From the NCBI GenBank assembly GCA_021161675.1, contig JAGHAF010000034.1:1-57692 (forward strand): a stretch of DNA of 57,692 nt, given 5' to 3'. How positions within the stretch are numbered: the first letter of the stretch is position 1; the number at the start of each line of letters is the position of its first letter. The DNA comes from Planctomycetota bacterium (GTDB taxonomy: Bacteria > Planctomycetota > Brocadiia > SM23-32). Shown here in pieces: positions 9,549 through 19,179 of this stretch. The position numbers and the translations under genes were made by a program. A model generated the notes under the pieces. It had not been told where the DNA came from. It worked only from the letters and a program-made list of their open reading frames with translations, and did not search any database.

Positions 9549-9945
9549 GGAACAGGTTCGAAGAGAACTGGTCAGCCAGTGGGCGCATAAGGCCGCCCAG
9601 GACATTCGGGCTGCCGAGTCACTGCTCTCAGAAGACTCGCCGCTGTTGTATCCTTCCTGTTTCTTTTCTCAGCAGGCCGCCGAGAGGCGCCTCAAGGCGT
9701 TCCTAACGTGGCGCCAAGTGGAATTCCCGAAGACGCACAGCATCCGCCAACTGCTGAACTTGGCGAAAACAGTCGATCCGTTGCTTGCAAAGCGCCTCAT
9801 AGGGGCCGCAACGTTGACGGTCTACGGCGTCGAAGTGCGCTACCCCGGCGAGCTGCCGGAGCCCGACTCAGCCGAGGCGAGGACAGCTCTCGATCTTGCC
9901 AAGAAAGTGCGTGACGCAGTCTTGCGCGCGTTGCCCTTGACCTGA
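9535..9945 (+). CDS. HEPN domain protein (MNT partner)
   Basis: W..KA.QDI, CFFSQQAAERRLKA, FPKTHSI and VEVRYP; overlaps the MNT stop. Confidence 0.9.
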   Translation: MQPPEEQVRRELVSQWAHKAAQDIRAAESLLSEDSPLLYPSCFFSQQAAERRLKAFLTWRQVEFPKTHSIRQLLNLAKTVDPLLAKRLIGAATLTVYGVEVRYPGELPEPDSAEARTALDLAKKVRDAVLRALPLT

Positions 9946-10046
9946 GGCCGGGGCGCTGTGGCCTTCCACTTCCCCGGCGTCGAGAATAGGCGCGTTTGGG
10001 GAGCGGCGACGGCGCAAGATGTTCTACTGCACTGGAGGTGACAGCA

Positions 10047-11369
10047 ATGAAGATATCCGTCGTCGGTTGTGGTTACGTCGGTCTCGTGAGCGGGACCTGT
10101 TTCGCCGAAATGGGCAATGACGTAGTGGCGGTTGATCGCGACGCGGATCGCGTGAAAACGCTCCAGAGCGGCGGCGTTCCCATCTACGAGCCCGGGCTGG
10201 CGGAACTGATCCAACGGAACCGCTCCGACGGCAGGCTGCGCTTCACCACTGACATGCAGCGGGCCGTGCAGGACGCCCTGGCCATCTTCATCTGCGTGGG
10301 CACCCCTCCGAAGCCCGACGGGTCTACCAATCTGGAGGCCGTCATGGACGCCGGGCGCTGCGTTGCCGAGCAGATGCAGTCCTACAAGCTTGTCGTGGTC
10401 AAGAGCACCGTCCCCGTTGGCACGTGCAGGAAACTGGCGGACGAGATGGCGCAGCATACCGACGTGGAATTCGACGTGGCCTCCAATCCCGAATTCCTCA
10501 AAGAGGGAGCGGCCGTGAACGACTTCTTCCGCCCCGATCGCGTCGTGGCGGGCGTTGACTGCCAGCGGGCCGAGGCGTTGCTGCGCCGGCTCTATACGCC
10601 CTTTCTGCGGACAGGCAAACCATTTATATGCATGTCCACGCCCAGCGCGGAGATAACCAAACACGCGTGCAACACCATGCTGGCCACCCGCATCTCCTTT
10701 ATCAACGAGGTGGCGGCGCTGTGCGAGGCGAGCGGCGCCGACGTGGAGGAGGTCCGGCGGGGAATGGCCGCCGACAGCCGCATCGGCTCCCAGTTCCTGT
10801 TTCCCGGATTGGGCTTCGGGGGCAGTTGTTTTCCCAAAGACATCCGGTCCCTGGCGCACGTCGGCCGCGCGTTCGGCAGCGTGATGCGCGTCGCCGAGGC
10901 CACACGCGCGGCGAACGAGGAGGCGAGGTCTCGATTCCTGGAACGCATCGCGCAGCACTTCGACGGCGACCTGGACGGCCGCAAACTCGCCTTCTGGGGG
11001 CTGGCCTTCAAGCCTCGAACCGACGACGTGCGTGAGGCGCCCGCGCTCTGGCTTATCAAACGCATGCTTCGTCGCTGGCCGGCGCTCGACGTGGCCGCCC
11101 ACGATCCGGTGGCTATCCCCGGCGCCAGAGAGGAGCTGCCCGACCGGGTGGCGTTCTGCGCCAACGAGTACGAGCCGCTTGAGGGGGCCGACGCCCTGGT
11201 GATATGCACCGAATGGAACGAGTTCCGTTCCCCTCAGATCAGTCGCGTGAAGGAACTGTTGAAAAGCCCGGTGATCTTCGACGGTCGAAACCTCTACGAC
11301 CCCGAACGGATGCGGGCGGAAGGCTTCACCTACTACTCTGTCGGGCGCCAGACGTTGCGCCCCCGGTGA
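10047..11369 (+). CDS. ugd: UDP-glucose 6-dehydrogenase
   Basis: GCGYVG, FICVGTP, KSTVPVGT, SNPEFLKEG, GFGGSCFPKD and GLAFKPRTDDVRE. GGAGGT RBS before ATG 10047. Confidence 0.93.
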   Translation: MKISVVGCGYVGLVSGTCFAEMGNDVVAVDRDADRVKTLQSGGVPIYEPGLAELIQRNRSDGRLRFTTDMQRAVQDALAIFICVGTPPKPDGSTNLEAVMDAGRCVAEQMQSYKLVVVKSTVPVGTCRKLADEMAQHTDVEFDVASNPEFLKEGAAVNDFFRPDRVVAGVDCQRAEALLRRLYTPFLRTGKPFICMSTPSAEITKHACNTMLATRISFINEVAALCEASGADVEEVRRGMAADSRIGSQFLFPGLGFGGSCFPKDIRSLAHVGRAFGSVMRVAEATRAANEEARSRFLERIAQHFDGDLDGRKLAFWGLAFKPRTDDVREAPALWLIKRMLRRWPALDVAAHDPVAIPGAREELPDRVAFCANEYEPLEGADALVICTEWNEFRSPQISRVKELLKSPVIFDGRNLYDPERMRAEGFTYYSVGRQTLRPR

Positions 11370-11435
11370 CGGGCCACGCAGAGGAATGGCTGCGCCTGAT
11401 GGCAAAGAAGACTGGAGCGCGCGAAGGAGAGGAAA

Positions 11436-12338
11436 ATGGGAGCGACGGCGAGCGACGCTTCTCTGTGGGCGCCGCGCCCACCCTTTCGCCTGCGCCTTCC
11501 TTCCGGCGCAGAGCTTGGCGCAGAACGGCGCCCGTTGGTGATGGGGGTTCTGAACGTCACGCCGGATTCCTTCAGCGACGGCGGCCGGTTTCTCAAACCG
11601 GTAGACGCCCTCCGGCAGGCGGAGCGGCTTTGCGCGGAGGGAGCGGACGTGCTGGACATCGGCGGGGAGAGCACCCGCCCCGGCAGTGACCCCATCTCCG
11701 CGCAGGAAGAGATGGATCGTGTCCTGCCGGTGATAGAGAAGCTGGCGGGCCAGGCGCAGACCCCCATCAGCATTGACACGCAGAAATCCGACGTGGCGCG
11801 CGCCGCGCTGGAGGCGGGCGCCCAGATCGTCAACGACGTCAGCGCGCTGCGCGGCGATCCGCAGATGGTCGCCCTCGTCGCTGAGACGCGCGTCCCCGTT
11901 GTGCTCATGCACATGCAGGGCCTGCCCAGGACCATGCAGCGCAGTCCCGTCTACCGGGAAGTAGTCTCTGATATAATGAACTGGTTGAAGCGAAGGCTTG
12001 AATTCGCCGTGGCGAACGGCGTAAAAAGGGAGCAGATCGTGTTGGACCCCGGGTTCGGGTTCGGCAAGACGCTGCAGCATAACCTGGAGCTTCTGCGAAG
12101 GCTGCGCGAGTTCCACGCGCTTGGGCGTCCTATCCTGGTCGGCACATCCCGCAAGTCCATGATTGGCATGATTCTGAACAGGCCGGAAACAGAAAGGCTG
12201 CACGGGACGCTGGCAACCGTCGCCTGCGCCGTCCTGAGCGGGTGTCACATCGTGCGGGTGCATGATGTCGGCCCTTGCCTGGACGTGGTGAAGGTCTGCG
12301 AGGCCATACGAGAGGGGGGCCGGCGGGAAGATGCCTGA
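11436..12338 (+). CDS. folP: Dihydropteroate synthase
   Basis: MGVLNVTPDSFSDGG, DIGGESTRPG, DPGFGFGK, SRKS and IVRVHDV. Confidence 0.96.
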   Translation: MGATASDASLWAPRPPFRLRLPSGAELGAERRPLVMGVLNVTPDSFSDGGRFLKPVDALRQAERLCAEGADVLDIGGESTRPGSDPISAQEEMDRVLPVIEKLAGQAQTPISIDTQKSDVARAALEAGAQIVNDVSALRGDPQMVALVAETRVPVVLMHMQGLPRTMQRSPVYREVVSDIMNWLKRRLEFAVANGVKREQIVLDPGFGFGKTLQHNLELLRRLREFHALGRPILVGTSRKSMIGMILNRPETERLHGTLATVACAVLSGCHIVRVHDVGPCLDVVKVCEAIREGGRREDA

Positions 12339-13140
12339 GTTTTTCACTGATGTGCTCAATTCGCTCAGCTCCAACTACCTGATAATAATGCAGGCGGCCT
12401 TCGAGGTGGCCGTCATCTTTCTGCTGGTTTACGCCTTTCTGCGCATCATGGAAGGGACTCGCGGGGCGGGCATCATCAAGGGTCTGGTCGTTCTGACGGC
12501 CATCCTGGCCGTGGTGATAATCTTTCTGTCGCAGAAGCTGAAGATGGCGAACCTGAACTGGACGCTGACGCACCTGGCGCCGGTCGTGCTGGTGCCGATG
12601 TTCATCCTGTTCCAACCGGAGATACGCCGCGCCCTCATACGGTTGGGCCAGAACCCGCTGTTCCGCAAGTTCTTTCGCCCCTACAGCGGTTTCACCGAAG
12701 AACTCGTGCGGGCCACTTTCAACCTGGCGCGGGACCGTGTGGGAGGGCTGATAGTTATAGAGCGGGAGGTGGGCCTGCGAGGATACGTGGAGGGCGGCGT
12801 CAGGCTGGACGCGGAGGTAAGCGCCGAACTGATCAAGAGCATCTTCTGGCCCGGCACGCCGCTGCACGACGGCGCCATCGTGATACGCCAGCAGCGCATA
12901 GCCGCGGCAGGATGCCTGTTCCCCCTGACGGACAATCCGCACTTCAGCCGGGAACTGGGCACGCGCCATCGCGCGGGGATTGGCATCACGGAGGAGTCCG
13001 ACGCCGCCGCCATTATCATCAGCGAAGAAACGGGACGGGTCTCTCTCGCCGTAAGGGGGACCCTCCAGCAGGACCTGGACGAAAAGGACCTGACCCGCGC
13101 GCTGGAAGAGCTCGCCGTTGAAACGGAACGGAAAGGGTGA
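12331..13140 (+). CDS. cdaA: Membrane diadenylate cyclase CdaA (c-di-AMP synthase)
   Basis: Three N-terminal TM helices, FQPEIRRAL, and DAC motifs PLHDGA and GTRHRAG. Confidence 0.95.
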   Translation: MPEFFTDVLNSLSSNYLIIMQAAFEVAVIFLLVYAFLRIMEGTRGAGIIKGLVVLTAILAVVIIFLSQKLKMANLNWTLTHLAPVVLVPMFILFQPEIRRALIRLGQNPLFRKFFRPYSGFTEELVRATFNLARDRVGGLIVIEREVGLRGYVEGGVRLDAEVSAELIKSIFWPGTPLHDGAIVIRQQRIAAAGCLFPLTDNPHFSRELGTRHRAGIGITEESDAAAIIISEETGRVSLAVRGTLQQDLDEKDLTRALEELAVETERKG

Positions 13141-14195
13141 GCGACGCCATGATAAAGAAGCTGATGGGGCACGTTTTTAGCAACTTCCGGCTCAAGGCGT
13201 TCGCCCTGTTGATCTCGGTGGGCATCTGGTTCTACGCTCAGGCGCGCGTCACGCGGGTCGTCACGCTCGAGACCGTCCTCACCGTCACCCCCCCGGCGGG
13301 CTATCAACTGGTATATCAAAGCAGCCGGCAGGGGCAGATTAGAGTCAGCGGGCCGGAGTCGCTGGTCTCTCGAATCCGCAGCGAGGCCGATCGGGCCGCG
13401 ATCGAACTGCACTACAATCTGAGCGAGGATCAATTGGTGAACGGACGGGTCACCTTGCCGGTGCAACCGCGATGGATCCGCAAGGCGATACCGGAGCGTG
13501 AGTTCGTGCAGCTGAAGTTCAGCGACATCTCTCCACAGAGAATCCTGGTAGTCGCCAGCGAGGTGATCGAGCGAAGCATACCCGTGGAGGTTCTGGTTAC
13601 TGGCCATCCTACAAAGGGCCTTCGCCTGAGCGCAGAACCGGCGAGCCGTCCCCAGGAGGTGAGCGTCCGGGGTCCTGCGCTCCTCGTAGAGACTATGAAG
13701 AGCGTCCCGACCGAACCGGTTGAGCTGTGGGGGCTGACGGCCGGCGCTCACCGCCAGCGCACGTCCCTCCAGGGCGCCAGGGAGCTTGCCCTGGGCAACG
13801 GCGAGAAGGTGCGCATACCTCTCAAGCTGGCCCCGGAACACATAATCGCCGAGTTCTGGATTACCGAAGAGGCGTCCGAGCAGAAGTCCTTCCCCGACCT
13901 GTCCGTCACTTTCTGGATGCCGGCGGACTTTCCCTATGAGGCGCGGCTCGAGGAAGGCAAGGTAAAGGTGTCCGTCACCGTCAATGGGCCTTCCGACGTC
14001 GTCCGAAAGCTCGACGCAGATTCGCTCCGGCCCTACGTGGACATCGCCCGCCTGGCCGACGAGCAACTCAAGCCCGGCGAGCAAGGCCCATACCAGGAAC
14101 TGGTTCACCTGAACCTGCCCTCCTACGCGGCGGGCTGCACGACCGAGATCAAACCCGATCGGGTGACCATCCTGTTGACGAATCCCGGCCCGTAA
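13137..14195 (+). CDS. cdaR: CdaR/YbbR-like protein
   Basis: N-terminal anchor NFRLKAFALLISVGIWFY and three repeats of V.V.GP. GTGA overlap with cdaA. Confidence 0.85.
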   Translation: MSDAMIKKLMGHVFSNFRLKAFALLISVGIWFYAQARVTRVVTLETVLTVTPPAGYQLVYQSSRQGQIRVSGPESLVSRIRSEADRAAIELHYNLSEDQLVNGRVTLPVQPRWIRKAIPEREFVQLKFSDISPQRILVVASEVIERSIPVEVLVTGHPTKGLRLSAEPASRPQEVSVRGPALLVETMKSVPTEPVELWGLTAGAHRQRTSLQGARELALGNGEKVRIPLKLAPEHIIAEFWITEEASEQKSFPDLSVTFWMPADFPYEARLEEGKVKVSVTVNGPSDVVRKLDADSLRPYVDIARLADEQLKPGEQGPYQELVHLNLPSYAAGCTTEIKPDRVTILLTNPGP

Positions 14196-14301
14196 TCCAG
14201 AATAATGCCGGCTATAGGTCTTATAGTCTTACTGGACTTATTCCCGCGGGCCGTGGATGGCGCCGTTTGGCTTATTCGATATTCTTGGAGGATGAGATAA
14301 C

Positions 14302-15060
14302 ATGGCATTGCTCGGAGTGAACGTAGACCACGTGGCCACCGTACGGGAGGCGAGGAAGACTTACGAGCCGGACCCCGTCTGGGCGGCGGCCGAGGCCACG
14401 ATCGGAGGCGCGGACATCATCACGATTCACCTGCGCAAGGACCGCCGTCACATCCAGGATAGAGACCTGCGCCTGCTGCGGCAGACATCGGCCACCGACC
14501 TGAACCTGGAGATGTCACTGGCCGATGAGATCGTCGAGATAGCGCTGTCCAGCCGCCCCGACATGGTCACCCTGGTGCCGGAGAACCGCCGGGAAGTCAC
14601 CACCGAAGGCGGCCTGGACGTCCTCGCCCAGAGCAAGCGAGTGGAAGCGGCGATAAAACGCTTCGCAGAACTCGGCATCCCCGTGAGCCTGTTCACCGAT
14701 CCGGTCGAGCAGCAGCTTCAACGCTCGGCGGACCTGGGCGCCACGTTCGTTGAGTTGCATACCGGCGCCTATGCCAACGCGAAGGCCGGCCGGCCCAAAG
14801 AGGACACCCTCACCGCGCTGGAAGAAAGCGCCGCCTACGGGCGCCGGCTGGGACTGGTGGTCAACGCCGGCCACGGGCTCACCTATCAGAACGTCACCGA
14901 CGTGGTGAAGCGCCTGCGCCCCCACGAGCTTCACATCGGCCACAGCATCGTGTCCCGGGCGATCTTCGTGGGCATCCGGGAGGCAGTGCGGCAAATGAAA
15001 GAGATCATCCATCGCGCCCAGGCTGACGGTCGCGGGCGCCAGCAGGAGAAGCAACCTTGA
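14302..15060 (+). CDS. pdxJ: Pyridoxine 5'-phosphate synthase
   Basis: [40 protein letters not shown] and IGHSI. Confidence 0.96.
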   Translation: MALLGVNVDHVATVREARKTYEPDPVWAAAEATIGGADIITIHLRKDRRHIQDRDLRLLRQTSATDLNLEMSLADEIVEIALSSRPDMVTLVPENRREVTTEGGLDVLAQSKRVEAAIKRFAELGIPVSLFTDPVEQQLQRSADLGATFVELHTGAYANAKAGRPKEDTLTALEESAAYGRRLGLVVNAGHGLTYQNVTDVVKRLRPHELHIGHSIVSRAIFVGIREAVRQMKEIIHRAQADGRGRQQEKQP

Positions 15061-15626
15061 ACATAGACCAGGACAAGATCGAAAAAGGCGTCCGGTTCAT
15101 ATTGGAGGGTCTCGGTCGCGATATCACCGAGGGCCCCATTGCTGAGACGCCCGCGCGGGTGGCCCGCGCCTACACGGAGATATTCGGAGGACATTCCGAA
15201 CGGGCGGAGGACATTATCAAGGTCTTCCACGAGGAAGGCTACGATGAAATGGTTCTTGTGCGGGACATCCCCTTCTACTCCATGTGCGAGCACCACCTGC
15301 TGCCGTTCTACGGACGGGCCCACGTGGCTTACATTCCCAGGGGCGGTCGCATAACCGGGCTGAGCAAGCTGGCCCGCGTGGTGGAGGCCCATGCACGCCG
15401 GCTGCAGGTCCAGGAGCGAATGACAGCGGACATAGCCGGCGACATCACCCGAGCGCTCAATCCCAAAGGCGTCATGGTGGTCATCGAGGCCGAACATCTC
15501 TGCATGACCATGCGGGGCATCAAGAAACCGGGATCGATCAGCGTCACCAGCGTTGTCACCGGCATCTTCCGCGAGAACCCGGCCACCAGGGCTGAGGCCA
15601 TGAAGCTGGTCGAGAGCCGCAGATAA
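15057..15626 (+). CDS. folE: GTP cyclohydrolase I
   Basis: [32 protein letters not shown] and HLCMTMRG. Confidence 0.96.
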   Translation: MNIDQDKIEKGVRFILEGLGRDITEGPIAETPARVARAYTEIFGGHSERAEDIIKVFHEEGYDEMVLVRDIPFYSMCEHHLLPFYGRAHVAYIPRGGRITGLSKLARVVEAHARRLQVQERMTADIAGDITRALNPKGVMVVIEAEHLCMTMRGIKKPGSISVTSVVTGIFRENPATRAEAMKLVESRR

Positions 15627-15636
15627 AGGGCGCCCT

Positions 15637-16095
15637 TTGACCGTGACAAGCGCAGAACAACAACCGGAGAGGACCGCTGAGTTTATCAAGCTGGCCTCGC
15701 CGCAACAGAAGCGGGAACTGATCTGCATTCGAGCCGCCTTTTGTTACGAGCAGGGCAAGACGGTCAGCGTCTATGCCCCTGATCCGGACGAGGCGGCCGC
15801 CCTGGACGTCGCGCTTTGGACCTTCCGCCAGGAACTCTTCGTGCCCCACGTCCGGCTCGAGCAGGCCCATCGCCCCATGATCGAACCGGTGGTGATCTTC
15901 AGCGAACAGCCGGGCGAGACGACCTCGGACGTCCTCATCCTGGCCTCCGCGGAGGCGCTGCCCGACTGGGCGGTGAGCTTCCCGCACATCTACGACTTCG
16001 CGCCCGTCTACGATGAAGAGCTGCGCGCGAGCGCCCGGGCGCGCTTCAACGCCTGCAAAGAGGCCGGCTATCACATGCGCTTCATCGAGGCATAG
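15637..16095 (+). CDS. holC: DNA polymerase III chi subunit-like protein
   Basis: AAALDVALWTFRQELFVPH and C-terminal ARARFNACKEAGY match HolC motifs (LD..LW.F....F.PH; AR.R...Y...G). Start codon uncertain. Confidence 0.8.
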   Translation: MTVTSAEQQPERTAEFIKLASPQQKRELICIRAAFCYEQGKTVSVYAPDPDEAAALDVALWTFRQELFVPHVRLEQAHRPMIEPVVIFSEQPGETTSDVLILASAEALPDWAVSFPHIYDFAPVYDEELRASARARFNACKEAGYHMRFIEA

Positions 16096-16104
16096 CGCGC
16101 CCTG

Positions 16105-17427
16105 TCAGCCTGCCAGATGCCCGAACAGGGTGAGGGCGGTGGAGTCCACAAGGCGCACGTTCACAAGCTGCCCCGCCAGCTCGCAAGGCCCCTCGAAGAC
16201 CACGATGTCGTTGGCGCGCGTGCGGCCGGTCAGCTTCGTCGGGTCCCTGGGGCTCACGCCGTCCACCAGGGCCTCGACGACGCTCCCTACCATCGCCCGC
16301 CGCCTTTCGGTGTCTACGCGCTCCTGCGCTGCCAGCATCAAGCGGTGCCGCTCGCGCTTCACGCTCGCGGGCACGTCGTCCTCCAGCAGCGCGGCGCGCG
16401 TTCCCGGCCGGGGGGAGTATTTGAAGATGTAGCTCTGCTGAAAACGCACCTCGCGCAGAAGCTCGAGCGTCAGCCGAAAATCATCCTCGCTTTCTCCGGG
16501 GAAGCCGACGATGAAATCGCCGGCGAGTTCCACGCCGGGGATGATGCGCCGCGCCTGCTCGACCATCTTGCGGTAATCGGCGGCGCTGTAGCCGCGATTC
16601 ATCGCGCGCAGGACGGCGTCCGAGCCGCTCTGCGGCGGCGCGTGCAGGTGTTCGCAGACCTTATCCAGGCCCGCCACGGCCCGGAGCAGCTCGGCGCTCA
16701 CGTCTTTCGGGTGGCTGGTCACGAACCGGATGCGCTTCAGTCCGGCAACGCCATTGATCCGCGCCAGCAGGTCCGCCAGGCCAGGCTTGCCGGCGTCCGT
16801 CCCGTAGCTGTTGACGTTCTGGCCGAGGAGGGTTATCTCCCGCACGCCGTCGGCGGCGAGCGCGCGCACCTCTTGCGCAATATCTTCCGGCGCCCGGCTG
16901 ACCTCCCGGCCGCGCACGTGGGGCACAATGCAGTAGGAGCAGAAGTTGTTGCAGCCCCGCATGATGCTGACGTAGGCGCTGTGCGCGGAGCGGCGCATCC
17001 GTGGGTCGCGGGCGAAGCGCAGCGGCCCGTCCCACCCGATGTCGAGGACTGGTCCTTCGCCGCGCATAATCGCGCGCAGATGCTCCGGAACCCGCAGAAA
17101 GGCCCGCGAGCCGCAAACCAGCTTCAGAAACGGGAAGCGTTGTGTCAGCTCCGCCCCGAGGCGCTGCGCCATACATCCCACTACGCCGAGCACGAAGTTT
17201 TCATCCTCCTGCGCCCGGCGTCTCCACGCGCCGAGATGGGAGAACACCTTGTCTTCGGCGTGCTGCCGAACGCTGCACGTGTTGTAGATTACGACGTCCG
17301 CTTCATCCGGCTCCTCGGTGAGGCCGAATCCGGCGCCCGCCAGCTCAGCGCGCATCACCTCGCTGTCCAGCTTGTTCATCTGGCAGCCGAACGTGATTAT
17401 GCAGACTGTGCGATTGTGATCGGTCAT
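16105..17427 (-). CDS. miaB: tRNA i6A37 methylthiotransferase
   Basis: TFGCQMN, NTCSVR, GCMAQ, radical-SAM CNNFCSYC, LLGQNVNSY and C-terminal TRAM domain. Confidence 0.95.
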   Translation of the reverse strand: MTDHNRTVCIITFGCQMNKLDSEVMRAELAGAGFGLTEEPDEADVVIYNTCSVRQHAEDKVFSHLGAWRRRAQEDENFVLGVVGCMAQRLGAELTQRFPFLKLVCGSRAFLRVPEHLRAIMRGEGPVLDIGWDGPLRFARDPRMRRSAHSAYVSIMRGCNNFCSYCIVPHVRGREVSRAPEDIAQEVRALAADGVREITLLGQNVNSYGTDAGKPGLADLLARINGVAGLKRIRFVTSHPKDVSAELLRAVAGLDKVCEHLHAPPQSGSDAVLRAMNRGYSAADYRKMVEQARRIIPGVELAGDFIVGFPGESEDDFRLTLELLREVRFQQSYIFKYSPRPGTRAALLEDDVPASVKRERHRLMLAAQERVDTERRRAMVGSVVEALVDGVSPRDPTKLTGRTRANDIVVFEGPCELAGQLVNVRLVDSTALTLFGHLAG

Positions 17428-17453
17428 GGCGGCGGCCGTGGCGTAACGGAACT

Positions 17454-18989
17454 TCAGGGATTGGACTCGGCGAGGGCGTTCTTAATCAGCTTTTCGACGT
17501 TCTGGCGCGCTTGCCGCACCTGGCGCCTGGATTTGGCCTCGACGTTGAGGCGAAGCTCGGCCGCCCCGGCCGGCTGGCGCAGGTTGAACCACCATTCTTG
17601 CGTGCGCACCGAGAGACCGTCAATCATCTCCCGCTCGGCGTGTTGGAACTGACTGCGTATGTGTTCCAGGACGACTTGCCCCACCTCCGCCGAAGGCAGT
17701 GGGATTACCACCTCCCCGCTCTGGCTCCACTGCTCCAGCTCCGCGACCTGCTGCGAAACGGGCCGCGGGTCTCGCGACAGGTTCGAGGCGAACATCAGCA
17801 GCGCAAGGAACGGGCTGGGGAACCGGTAGAAATCCCGGAAGTAGTGCAATCCCGTCCCATCCACGCCGTAGAGGGCCTCGTTGCGTCGAAAGTGCTGGGC
17901 GAACTCCAGTCTCGAGGCCGGCGCCCTTAGGGCCTGGCCGCCTTTTTGAGTGATCCGGGCCTGGAGCGCTGCGCTGAAGCGCAGGTCCAGCGCCACGGCG
18001 CCGCCGGGATTTCGAGCCAGCATTTCCGTGGCGATCAGCGCCGCCGCCAGGTCGTGGCGCAGCGGCGCTCCGGTTTCATCGAAGAAAACGACCCGCTCCG
18101 CGTTGAAATCGAAGGCGGCCCCGCAGCCGGCCTCGTGCCGCCTCAGCCCCTCTCTGACGGCGGCGACCACGGCCGGAGCGGGGAACTCCTTGCCGAGAAA
18201 GGGGCTGCGCCCGTCTTCTTCGAAGTGCATGGGGATCAGCTCGATAGGCAGGTCCGCGACAAGCCGTCTGGCGACCCGTCCTGCCGCGCCGTTACCGCCG
18301 TCCATGACGATGGCGAGGGGCCTCAGAACCGGAGCGAATGTTTTCAGATAGGAAAGGTAGTCCGCCAGCAGGTCCACCGAATGCATTTCTCCCGGCAGCC
18401 GGCTGCGCCCCAGCCTCATGCGCCGGGCAATCAGACCGATCTTGTCGAGCCCGGAGCCGAATCCAACCAGTTGCGCTTCCGAACGCCACAGCCGGACGCC
18501 GTTGATGCCGCCTGCGCGGTTGCCGCCGCCTATGAAAGCGCCCCCCCCGTAGCCGTCCGCGCCGAGGGCGTAAGCCAGCGCGCCGGGGGGCACAGTCCCA
18601 AGGTTGACGACGTCCGCGCCGCCACGGGTCACCCCCTCCGAGAACGCGCGCGCAAACGAGCGGGAGTTGTCCCGCGCGTCGCAGGCCACCGCCAGGCGAG
18701 AGCTGCCGGGCTCCTGCGAGCGCAAAAACTGGGCGGCGGCCTGCCCGATCTTGCGAATCACGTAGTCGTTTATCTCGTTGGGCACGGCGCCGCTGACACT
18801 CGTGCTGTGAAAGATCGAAGACGAGACCTTAGGGTCCGACGGAATGGAGCCGGCGACTTCCGGATCACGGTGCGGGCATAAGAGGCACTTCGGGTATTGA
18901 TTGCGCTGCCGTGTGCGGCAGATCGCAACCGAAATAGTATACCTCTCTCCGGGGCAGGCGCGCTCCGCTTGCGCGTCCTTTGCACGCAT
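17454..18989 (-). CDS. Phosphomannomutase/phosphoglucomutase-fold protein with an N-terminal Cys4 domain and degenerate catalytic motifs
   Basis: Fold landmarks VACDAR, DGGNGAAG, DLRFS, IDGLSV and LRLNVEA. GAGGGAG RBS before ATG 18989. N-terminal CPGERY...ICRTRQ...KCLLC. Catalytic loop reads GGGNR instead of (T/S)ASHNP. Confidence 0.85.
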   Translation of the reverse strand: MRAKDAQAERACPGERYTISVAICRTRQRNQYPKCLLCPHRDPEVAGSIPSDPKVSSSIFHSTSVSGAVPNEINDYVIRKIGQAAAQFLRSQEPGSSRLAVACDARDNSRSFARAFSEGVTRGGADVVNLGTVPPGALAYALGADGYGGGAFIGGGNRAGGINGVRLWRSEAQLVGFGSGLDKIGLIARRMRLGRSRLPGEMHSVDLLADYLSYLKTFAPVLRPLAIVMDGGNGAAGRVARRLVADLPIELIPMHFEEDGRSPFLGKEFPAPAVVAAVREGLRRHEAGCGAAFDFNAERVVFFDETGAPLRHDLAAALIATEMLARNPGGAVALDLRFSAALQARITQKGGQALRAPASRLEFAQHFRRNEALYGVDGTGLHYFRDFYRFPSPFLALLMFASNLSRDPRPVSQQVAELEQWSQSGEVVIPLPSAEVGQVVLEHIRSQFQHAEREMIDGLSVRTQEWWFNLRQPAGAAELRLNVEAKSRRQVRQARQNVEKLIKNALAESNP

Positions 18990-19179
18990 CGCTCGACTCC
19001 CTCGAGGGCGCTTTCGCCCTGTTGACACCTGACGCAGGCGAGTTGACCAGTCCAATATGCTGTTAGCATACGCTACATGATTGCGGATCGTCAACACACT
19101 TTTCTGTTCCGGGTGGACAGGGCGCAATCCCTGCTCTACCATAGGGGAGCTGAGCAGAGAACAGGATCGGAGGAAGCGC

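Noticed and set aside
9840-12374. 844-aa minus-strand ORF
   Set aside because: Antisense to ugd and folP; typical high-GC shadow ORF.
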